In this document: positions 1 through 6,325 of the stretch, piece by piece
How the letters are laid out: the number at the start of each line of letters is the position of its first letter
Numbering within the stretch: position 1 is the first letter of the stretch
Assembly: GCA_043827405.1 (NCBI GenBank)
Contig: JBDRPD010000009.1
Span: 1 to 15,331, forward strand
Reading direction: 5' to 3'
Length of the DNA: 15,331 bases
From: Elusimicrobiota bacterium
Lineage (GTDB): Bacteria > Elusimicrobiota > Elusimicrobia > UBA1565
The notes under the pieces: generated by a model
The model's database searches: none
What the model saw: the letters and a program-made list of their open reading frames with translations, nothing else
Told to the model about the DNA's origin: nothing
Program-made: the position numbers and the translations under genes

Positions 1-408
1 GAGCCCGTGTTGTTTCCAAATACGCTGAACGCTTGCGGGGCTGATGCCCTGAGCCTCAGCCATGGTGCGTACGCTCCAATGAGTGGCCGCCGGCGGCTTT
101 GCGTGTTGGGTCGCTTCGATGACGGCGCGGACTTTCCTCGCGGAGATGCTTGGGATGCGACCGGCACGCGGAGCATCCTTTTCCAGCCCTGCGACCCGCA
201 GAGCCAGGAAGCGTTCCCGCCAGAGTTGGACGGTCGGCCTGGAAATTCCCAACTCTCGCGCGATGTCGTGGTTGGGAACCTTCGCGGCCGCCATCGTGAT
301 GATTCGAGCGCGTTGTATCAAACGCTGGGGAAAACTTCTCCCACGCGCCCAGGTGCTGAGGATGGTTCGCTCCTTGGAAGAAAGCAAGATTGGAGGTGCT
401 GTTTTCAT
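1..408 (-). CDS. IS630-family transposase, N-terminal part (continues beyond the window start)
   Basis: Manual translation from the ATG at 408: MKTAPPILLSSKERTILSTWARGRSFPQRLIQRARIITMAAAKVPNHDIARELGISRPTVQLWRERFLALRVAGLEKDAPRAGRIP...PPAATHWSVRTMAEAQGISPASVQRIWKQHGL, open to base 1. It shows the IS630 HTH hallmarks RARII, IARELG..TV..WR.RF...G..GL.D.PR.GR and HWS.R.MA...GIS...V.RIW..HGL. Confidence 0.95.
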   Translation of the reverse strand, partial: MKTAPPILLSSKERTILSTWARGRSFPQRLIQRARIITMAAAKVPNHDIARELGISRPTVQLWRERFLALRVAGLEKDAPRAGRIPSISARKVRAVIEATQHAKPPAATHWSVRTMAEAQGISPASVQRIWKQHGL

Positions 409-415
409 GAATCAT

Positions 416-445
416 AGGGTAGCTTTCGTCGGAGCCATAAGTCAA
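416..445 (-). promoter_or_regulatory. putative sigma70 promoter of the transposase (leaderless)
   Basis: TTGACT (445-440), 18-nt spacer, TACCCT (421-416), then 7 nt to the ATG at 408. No SD sequence. Confidence 0.45.
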
Positions 446-465
446 GCTATTTGTGAGACACTACA

Positions 466-1128
466 CTAGGAAGTCTTAAGGGAAGAGATCTTCTTTTCCA
501 GGCGAGCCCGGTGCTCCTCGCGGCTGGAGTCTGGATCGTCGGTCGAATTCAGGAATTTCAAGGCTTCACTATACATGGCCATGGCCTGCTTGGGATCTCC
601 CTCCTTCTCGATCACCCGGGCCGTCTCCAGGATCGAATTGAGCCGAATCCGGTAAATGGAGTTTCTAACCTTGCGCGCGAAGAGTTCCAGATCCTCGCTG
701 GAATCCGCTCGCGCCTTAAACTCGCTGAGCTTAAGCTGAAACGCGGTAAGGAGCTTTATCTTCGCCTCCAAGTCGGAGGTCTTGCGGACCTGCGCGAGCA
801 CGCCCTTGAGTTCGCCCTTCGCGGTATTAACAACCAGCCGGCCGAGATCGGCTTGGCTGCGGTCGCGCTGCTCGGCGGCGCTTTCCCCCATCGTCTTGAT
901 GCCGCGCTTTTCATATCCGGCGAGAGCGTCGAGGTTTTTAACGACGACATCCATTTTCGCTATTTTCGAATGCGGGTTGAGCGTCTGCTCGGCGGCATCC
1001 TTGTGATCCTGGATGAGCCGCACCCGCTGCCGCACATCCATCTTAACCAGGTGCTCGCAGTCGCCGCATAGGCCGTCTTTCGAGAGCTTGAAGAACCAGC
1101 TGCCGCCGCCGCAGAATTTGCAGTCCAT
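466..1128 (-). CDS. hypothetical protein, N-terminal CxxC-x14-CxxC zinc ribbon plus alpha-helical/TPR-like body (220 aa)
   Basis: The ORF track starts at 1230, but the first 34 codons are Pro-rich and overlap a promoter. The likely start is ATG 1128: MDCKFCGGGSWFFKLSKDGLCGDCEH. The C-terminal ARVIEKEGDPKQAMAMYSEALKFL is TPR-like. Confidence 0.8.
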   Translation of the reverse strand: MDCKFCGGGSWFFKLSKDGLCGDCEHLVKMDVRQRVRLIQDHKDAAEQTLNPHSKIAKMDVVVKNLDALAGYEKRGIKTMGESAAEQRDRSQADLGRLVVNTAKGELKGVLAQVRKTSDLEAKIKLLTAFQLKLSEFKARADSSEDLELFARKVRNSIYRIRLNSILETARVIEKEGDPKQAMAMYSEALKFLNSTDDPDSSREEHRARLEKKISSLKTS

Positions 1129-1134
1129 AGGGTT

Positions 1135-1163
1135 AGTATAAGGGGAGTGGCGGGTGAGGGCAA
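1135..1163 (-). promoter_or_regulatory. sigma70 promoter, leaderless, for the zinc-ribbon gene
   Basis: TTGCCC (1163-1158), 17-nt spacer, TATACT (1140-1135), then 6 nt to the ATG at 1128. Confidence 0.7.
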
Positions 1164-1193
1164 TAGGCTTTTGGTTGCGGGGTGGAGGAGGCG

Positions 1194-1269
1194 GGGTTTT
1201 GCGGGGCTGATATTTGGATAGGCCGACCAACCACGCGGCCTATCTCGATAGCCTAGAGCCCCAAAACCC
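1194..1269. repeat. imperfect long palindrome/hairpin
   Basis: Core GATAGGCCG (1217-1225)/CGGCCTATC (1236-1244) is a perfect 9-bp stem with a 10-nt loop. Outer arms: GGGGCT (1203-1208)/AGCCCC (1257-1262) and GGGTTTT (1194-1200)/AAAACCC (1263-1269). Confidence 0.6.
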
Positions 1270-1298
1270 TTGAAAAGCGCAGGTGTTACAGTCATAAT
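1270..1298 (+). promoter_or_regulatory. sigma70 promoter facing the pilin-like gene/cassette array (Pc-like position)
   Basis: TTGAAA (1270-1275), 17-nt spacer, CATAAT (1293-1298). Confidence 0.6.
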
Positions 1299-1340
1299 CG
1301 AAGTGAGCTGCATTTTTAATAAATCGAAATAGGCGAGTCA

Positions 1341-1359
1341 GTCTAATTAGTGGTTAGAC
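1341..1359 (+). other. attI-like integron recombination simple site / cassette core site
   Basis: GTCTAAT-tagtg-GTTAGAC: inverted 7-mers separated by 5 nt. The right box matches GTTRRRY and lies 6 nt before the ATG at 1366. Confidence 0.45.
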
Positions 1360-1365
1360 CTGGAT

Positions 1366-1821
1366 ATGACAATTTCGAGACCCACTCCAAAGTGGCAGAG
1401 AATCGTTGCCTTCACTTTGCTCGGCGTCATGATCATCATTACAGGCATCTTCTTCATCCAAATGGGGAGGAGAATGCACCGCAGATCTTATGAAGGCGGC
1501 GCCAAAGGGAACCTCGGCTCGATTCGCTATGCGCTGAGCATTTATTACGGAGACATGGATGGGCAGTATCCCGGCGACCTGGCCTCTTTGACTGTCGGGG
1601 GAGAGTATTTGGTGCAAATTCCCAAGGCCTATACGCCATACTACCATCCAGACTCCGTGGCAATCCATCAGATGACGAATGATGAATTCAATGCCGGCAA
1701 ATTCAGCGACGCCGGCGGATGGGCATATGTTATGGGTGGCACGACAAACTACTACTCGGGAACAGTTGCGGTCAACTGCACCCACACCGACATGAAGGGC
1801 ACCGTGTGGACCGCATATTGA
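1366..1821 (+). CDS. type IV pilin / T2SS pseudopilin (GspG-like) family protein
   Basis: Basic N-terminus, degenerate prepilin motif A|FTLLGVMIII and a hydrophobic helix, then KGNLGSIRYALSIYYGDMDGQYPGDLASL (GspG-like L..I..AL..Y..D.G.YP..L..L). The C-terminal VNCTHTD.KG..W motif is shared with 14714..15301. Confidence 0.8.
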   Translation: MTISRPTPKWQRIVAFTLLGVMIIITGIFFIQMGRRMHRRSYEGGAKGNLGSIRYALSIYYGDMDGQYPGDLASLTVGGEYLVQIPKAYTPYYHPDSVAIHQMTNDEFNAGKFSDAGGWAYVMGGTTNYYSGTVAVNCTHTDMKGTVWTAY

Positions 1822-1825
1822 TGAG

Positions 1826-1855
1826 GTCGAACATCGGGTAGAACTGACGGGCGCA
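1826..1855 (+). other. attC-like site, left half (R'', spacer, L'', stem start)
   Basis: GTCGAAC-ATCGG-GTAGAACT-GACGGGCGCA, 4 nt after the stop codon. R'' is complementary (6/7) to GTTAGAC at 1353. It aligns without gaps to 2583-2612. Confidence 0.6.
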
Positions 1856-1910
1856 TGGCGAGAATAGAGGTAGAATTTGGTAGTTCGCGGGACTGAGCAT
1901 TATTGTTACG

Positions 1911-1930
1911 AACTCACCCCGGGGCGAGTT
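1911..1930. repeat. 20-bp near-perfect palindrome
   Basis: AACTCACCCC|GGGGCGAGTT, one mismatched pair. Confidence 0.7.
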
Positions 1931-1975
1931 AACGACAGAATTTTGAAAGGAAGGGTCTTAATATAGTTTTCGCAC

Positions 1976-2017
1976 CCCTGTAGTGGATACAACTTTAAAG
2001 TTGTATTCCCCGCAGGG
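1976..2017. repeat. 42-bp palindrome with a perfect 20-bp core
   Basis: CCCTG-tagtgg-ATACAACTTT|AAAGTTGTAT-tccccg-CAGGG. The core at 1987-2006 is a perfect palindrome. Confidence 0.8.
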
Positions 2018-2151
2018 CCTCAGAACGGGCGACATGAATGACTTGGACGGAGCTAACGGCTTAAACGACGAAAAGCAAACGGCATCTTCAGGTCAACGCC
2101 CGCCAACAATGGCCAGCTGGCCGCATCTTCGAAAAGGGCTGCCCAACGGCG

Positions 2152-2173
2152 GCGGCCGAGCTCCGCGTTAGGC
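2152..2173 (+). other. attC-like right end (L', spacer, R') / core site at the start of the GNAT cassette
   Basis: GCG-GCCGAGC-TCCGC-GTTAGGC. GTTAGGC (2167-2173) is the exact reverse complement of GCCTAAC (2583-2589) at the far end of the GNAT gene. Confidence 0.55.
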
Positions 2174-2286
2174 ACAATTACGACAACTTCAGGCGGACAG
2201 ATCGTTACCCAATCGACGTCATTATCGGACTGAAAGAAACCCGGGGCTCCGCTAATTGCATCCGGGCACTCATTGCAGATGAGGAC

Positions 2287-2616
2287 ATGTTCGTCGCTGA
2301 CGATGCGGGCGACATAAAGGGCATGGTTAGCGTGCAAGACAACGAGATCACGAAGCTATACATTGATCCGCATTGCCAGAGAAAAGGCATCGGAAAGAGG
2401 CTATTTGCCCATGCCGAGGCATTCTTATTGAGTCGCGGGCACCAAGACATGTTCCTGGGGGCAGCGGCGGACACACCGGTCCCATTTTATGAGAGCATGG
2501 GCATGCGGATTACTCGAACAGAAACGATCAGCTGTGGGCCCTGCAGCGGAATGAAATTAGTTGTTCTCGACAAACGCCTGGGGCCTAACATCGGCTTGAG
2601 CCGACGGGCGCAATAG
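2287..2616 (+). CDS. GNAT-family N-acetyltransferase (probably 5'-truncated; frame open from 2065 with no start codon before 2287)
   Basis: Motif A LYIDPHCQRKGIGKRL and motif B PFYESMG. The C-terminus (PNIGLSRRAQ) reads into the attC-like site, as is common for cassette ORFs. Confidence 0.8.
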   Translation: MFVADDAGDIKGMVSVQDNEITKLYIDPHCQRKGIGKRLFAHAEAFLLSRGHQDMFLGAAADTPVPFYESMGMRITRTETISCGPCSGMKLVVLDKRLGPNIGLSRRAQ

Positions 2617-2623
2617 AGCCCGC
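2583..2623 (+). other. attC-like site, left half plus central stem-loop; right half degenerate or interrupted
   Basis: GCCTAAC-ATCGG-CTTGAGCC-GA-CGGGC-gcaataga-GCCCG-C: RYYYAAC, 5-nt spacer, 8-nt L'', the GCCGACG motif with its unpaired A, and a CGGGC/GCCCG hairpin. Confidence 0.65.
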
Positions 2624-2721
2624 GCCTATCTCGTTATCGCAAAGACAATGGCCTCGATGTTTCGACACAGGTAAGGCCGCCGGATAAACGGCGAACCCCT
2701 AAACCTGAAATAAAACCTTCC

Positions 2722-2750
2722 TTGCCAGCGTATCCACAAGCAGGTATCCT
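2722..2750 (+). promoter_or_regulatory. sigma70 promoter of the PBP-glgB-pgl operon
   Basis: TTGCCA (2722-2727), 17-nt spacer, TATCCT (2745-2750), 12 nt before ATG 2763. No SD sequence. Confidence 0.6.
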
Positions 2751-2762
2751 CTTTTACCGAGC

Positions 2763-4781
2763 ATGGTAAAGAAAGCGCTTATTCTGCTCCTCCTGGCGGG
2801 CGCGCTATGCGCCGGCATTCCCCTATATCTGCTCGGCTCCGGCTGGCTGAAGTTCAAGCGGCTGGAAACCTCGATTGTAGACAAGCTGGACCGCTACTAC
2901 CTAAACATCACGACCCCCGGGCGCGAGGAATACCTGCTCTCGGACGATGAGATATTCGAAGTACCGTATATGGCGTCGCAGCTCAGCGTGGAGGCCGCGC
3001 CGACGCGGATATACGACCGCGGAGGGATTCTGCTCGGTGAGTTTCTGGAAGCCCGGGGGCTCTACGTACGCAGCTCCGACGACCTGCCGGGCTTTCTGAA
3101 AAAAGCCGTCGTCGCGGCCGAGGACGGCGACTTCTACGAGCACCGCGGCGTAAACTGGAAAGCGGTGGGCCGGGCCATGCTCAAGAACATCCGCTCCGGA
3201 CATACGGCGCAGGGCGGCAGCACTTTGACCCAGCAGCTGGCCAAGATCATGTTCACGACGCGCGAGCGCACCCTGTCGCGCAAGGTCTTCGAGCTGTTTT
3301 GCGCCAAGAAGATCGAGGAGAAGTTTACCAAGGAGCAGATTCTGCTGATGTACCTGAACTTCCTCTACCTCGGGCACGGCTGCTTCGGCGTCGAATGCGC
3401 CGCGCAGTATTATTTCGCCAAGCCGGCCAGCGCCCTGGAGCTGGGTGAATCCGCGATGCTGGCGGGCATCATCGCCAGCCCCAACAACTACTCCCCCTTC
3501 CGGAAGATCGAGCTGTCGCAGGCACGCCACCGCACCGTGCTGCACCGCATGGCGCAGCGGGGCTTCATCCCCGAAGCCTCGATCGAGCGCTACTCGCGGG
3601 AGTTCTGGGAGAAGATGGAAGGCCAGCTGGAAGCTCCGGAAGCCTCGATCCGCCGCATGCGCGTCAACCGCTCCCCGTACTTCATCGAATATATCCGGCA
3701 GGAGCTGGAGCGCGAGTTCCCCCGCGCCCGTTTGCTGAAAGGCGGGCTGCAAATCCACACCACGCTCGATCTCGGCATGCAGGAAGCCGCCAAGGAGGCG
3801 CTGAGCGGCGGTCTGGAGGAGGTGCGCGCCGCGGCCGGCAAGCCGGATCGCGCGAGCGCCGTGGAAGGCGGATTGGCGGCGGTGGATTCGCGCGACGGCG
3901 CTATCCGCGCGCTCGTCGGCGGCAGCGGCTTCACCTTCCGCAACCAGTTCAACCGGGCGGTCAACGGACGGCGCCCGGTCGGCTCGGCGCTCAAGCCCTT
4001 TATCTACGCCGCCGCTTTTGCGGACGGCCTGTTCAAGCCGGAAGACAAGTTCGTTGACGCCGTGGCGAGCTATCCGCGCGGCCGGGGACGGAAGTGGACC
4101 CCGCGCAACTACGGCGGCAAATACTACGGCGAGGTCCCGCTCTCGACGGCGCTGCAAAAATCGCTCAACACCGTGGCGGTCAAGCTCCTGGCGCGCATAA
4201 ACATCGACCGCGTACGCCGCCTGCTCGCCGCCGTCAGCGGCGCCGAGGCGAATAATTTCCCGCGCGATCTGACCTTGGCGCTGGGCAGCGCCGGGCTGAC
4301 GCCGCTGGAGCTGGCGGCGTCCTACGCCGTGTTTGCCAATGGCGGCCGGCCGGTACGGCCGTTCGCCATCGTCCGCATCACGGACCGCGACGGCCGGCAG
4401 GTGCCGTTTCACGAACCGGCGCCGCCCGGCGAGCCCGTTCTCAGCACCGCCGCCTGCCGAACGGTGCGCATAATCCTCGAAAGCGTCCTGCGCGAAGGCG
4501 GCACGGCCTACGGCGCGGCACGGCGAACGGGATTTTCGCTGGCGGCGGCGGGCAAGACCGGCACGACCAACGGCTACCGCGACGCCTGGTTCGCCGGCAT
4601 AACGCCGGAGCTGGCGGCGGCGGTCCGCGTCGGCAACGATGACATGCGCGTCGCGCTCGGCCCCGGAGGCACCGGGGGAGGCGTCGCCGCGCCGATCTGG
4701 ATGCGCTTCCTCAAGGAAGCCTACCGCAACCGTCCCGCTCCCGCATTCGACGGGCCGGAAGTGATAAAATCCCAGCCATGA
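2763..4781 (+). CDS. class A penicillin-binding protein (PBP1A family, bifunctional transglycosylase/transpeptidase)
   Basis: N-terminal TM segment. GT51 motifs EDGDFYEHRG, QGGSTLTQQLAK, RKVFE, KEQILLMYLN. Transpeptidase motifs SALK (SxxK), SLN (SxN), KTGTT. Confidence 0.95.
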   Translation: MVKKALILLLLAGALCAGIPLYLLGSGWLKFKRLETSIVDKLDRYYLNITTPGREEYLLSDDEIFEVPYMASQLSVEAAPTRIYDRGGILLGEFLEARGLYVRSSDDLPGFLKKAVVAAEDGDFYEHRGVNWKAVGRAMLKNIRSGHTAQGGSTLTQQLAKIMFTTRERTLSRKVFELFCAKKIEEKFTKEQILLMYLNFLYLGHGCFGVECAAQYYFAKPASALELGESAMLAGIIASPNNYSPFRKIELSQARHRTVLHRMAQRGFIPEASIERYSREFWEKMEGQLEAPEASIRRMRVNRSPYFIEYIRQELEREFPRARLLKGGLQIHTTLDLGMQEAAKEALSGGLEEVRAAAGKPDRASAVEGGLAAVDSRDGAIRALVGGSGFTFRNQFNRAVNGRRPVGSALKPFIYAAAFADGLFKPEDKFVDAVASYPRGRGRKWTPRNYGGKYYGEVPLSTALQKSLNTVAVKLLARINIDRVRRLLAAVSGAEANNFPRDLTLALGSAGLTPLELAASYAVFANGGRPVRPFAIVRITDRDGRQVPFHEPAPPGEPVLSTAACRTVRIILESVLREGGTAYGAARRTGFSLAAAGKTGTTNGYRDAWFAGITPELAAAVRVGNDDMRVALGPGGTGGGVAAPIWMRFLKEAYRNRPAPAFDGPEVIKSQP

Positions 4782-6325
4782 GGAGATTTTCCGCGGCGGT
4801 TCTTTTCCTGCTCGCCGCCGGCTGCGGCCGGACCATCGAGCAGGAACCCAACGACCACTTCACGCAGGCGACCCCGATCAATGGGAAAACGCGCATTGAA
4901 GGCACTTTGCGCACGGCCGACGATGTGGATATGTTCCGCCTGGATGCGGCGGAGCCGGAACGGACCCTGTCGCTGCACCTCGGCGGCATCCGCGGAGTCG
5001 ATTTCGTTCTCAGCGTCCTCGACGCGGACCGCCACGAGATCAAGCGTTTCGATGAGACCGCTCTGGGCGGCGACGAGAGAGCCTTCGACATCGGCCTGGC
5101 GAAGGGCGTCTACTACCTGCGCATAGCGAACAAGAACCCGGACGGCGGGAACACGGAACAGCGCTACGCGCTCGAGCTGGAATACGCCGGCGGCCGGGAC
5201 ACGGAGCGCGAGCCCAACGACAGCGCCCTGCAGGCCAACGACATCGTCCCGGGCGGCGTGCTCCGCGGCCACTTCTACCCTTCGCGCAACTTGCTGGCGG
5301 CGGAAAATGATTTTCTCGAGGAGGACTGGTTCCGCATCAACGTCCACAAAGACGGCACCTACCTGCTTAACGTCGACGTCAGCGAGGTGCCGGGAGTCGA
5401 CAGCGTCCTCGAGCTCTACGGGCCCAACTCCTACAAGATCAAGGAGGTCGACGCGGGCGGCGCGGGGGAGCCGGAAGTATTAAGCGGCTTCGGCATCCGC
5501 GGCCCCGTACACTATTTCCTGCGCCTGCGCAGCAAAGCCAAGAACGCCGCCAACGGCGCCATCCCCTATCAGATTCTCACCGAACTCATCCCCTACCAAG
5601 GTGAGCGGGAATTCGAATCCAATGACCACCGCCTGGAAGCGACCCCGTTGCGCCAGGACGCCATCGCCGGCCTGATCTCGCCCGCCGGCGACCAAGACTG
5701 GTATAAGATCGCGATCGAGGGCGACGCCCGCACTTTGCTGTCGGCGCAGCTCAGCGGCGCGGCCGGCCTCGACCTGACGCTGACCGTCACCGATGAAATC
5801 GGCAATCCGCTGCGCGTCATCGACGACCGCGGGAAGGAGCAGCCGGAAAGCCTGACCGGGCTGGGGGTAGCGCGCGGCAGCTACTATCTGGTGGTAGCCG
5901 AAAAGACCGGACGCGCCGCGGACGCGCGCCGCGGCTACACGCTCAAGGCGGCGTCGATCCCTTATCCCGAGGGGCTGGAATACGAAATAAACGACAGCTC
6001 CGCCGCCGCGCAGAGCATCGAGATGGACCGCTCGATCGACGGCTATATCGCGCCCAAAGGCGATCAGGACTACTACACCTTCAACGTGTATCAAACAGCT
6101 GAGATCGCCATCGACGCCACCGGCGTCCTCAACGTCGGGCTGCTGCTGGAACTATACGGACAGGAAGGCGCGCTCATCGCGCAAAGCACGGGGGGGCGCT
6201 CCGGCGAACCGGTGCAGCTCATCCGGACCTTGGAAGCCGGGACCTATACGGCGCTCCTGCGCGGCGCCTCACCGGAGCACAACAACATTCGCGACAAGTA
6301 CACTTTTCGCGTTCGCGCCCGTTAA
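4778..6325 (+). CDS. lipoprotein with four tandem PPC-like (pre-peptidase C-terminal) beta-sandwich repeats
   Basis: Lipobox LAAG|C. Four units start EQEPND (4838), EREPND (5204), EFESND (5609) and EYEIND (5978), each followed by G.....D.D.(F/Y)-type and G.Y(Y/T)-type motifs. Confidence 0.8.
   Translation: MRRFSAAVLFLLAAGCGRTIEQEPNDHFTQATPINGKTRIEGTLRTADDVDMFRLDAAEPERTLSLHLGGIRGVDFVLSVLDADRHEIKRFDETALGGDERAFDIGLAKGVYYLRIANKNPDGGNTEQRYALELEYAGGRDTEREPNDSALQANDIVPGGVLRGHFYPSRNLLAAENDFLEEDWFRINVHKDGTYLLNVDVSEVPGVDSVLELYGPNSYKIKEVDAGGAGEPEVLSGFGIRGPVHYFLRLRSKAKNAANGAIPYQILTELIPYQGEREFESNDHRLEATPLRQDAIAGLISPAGDQDWYKIAIEGDARTLLSAQLSGAAGLDLTLTVTDEIGNPLRVIDDRGKEQPESLTGLGVARGSYYLVVAEKTGRAADARRGYTLKAASIPYPEGLEYEINDSSAAAQSIEMDRSIDGYIAPKGDQDYYTFNVYQTAEIAIDATGVLNVGLLLELYGQEGALIAQSTGGRSGEPVQLIRTLEAGTYTALLRGASPEHNNIRDKYTFRVRAR

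Larger units (their letters stand above)
1..466 (-). mobile_element. IS630-family insertion sequence, left end (partial)
   Basis: The minus strand reads CTA|GTGTAGTGTCTCACAAATAG about 60 bp upstream of the transposase start. CTAG at 466-469 fits IS630 TA/CTAG targeting. The other end is outside the window. Confidence 0.85.

Noticed and set aside
7..469. ORFs 7..417(+), 83..469(+) and 56..445(-)
   Set aside because: Shadow frames of the IS630 transposase read from 408 on the minus strand.
1129..1230. Extended N-terminus of the 466..1230 ORF
   Set aside because: It overlaps a good promoter and is Pro-rich junk; the Zn-ribbon Met at 1128 is the better start.
1943..1967. TTGAAA...TATAGT promoter-like pair
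   Set aside because: The spacer is only 13 nt.
1983..2171. 62-aa ORF in the inter-cassette spacer
   Set aside because: It runs through a palindrome and an attC-like end, has no SD and no recognisable motif. A cassette remnant cannot be excluded.
1826..2633. Repeats considered as a CRISPR array
   Set aside because: Only two degenerate copies about 757 bp apart, separated by gene-sized DNA, and no cas genes.
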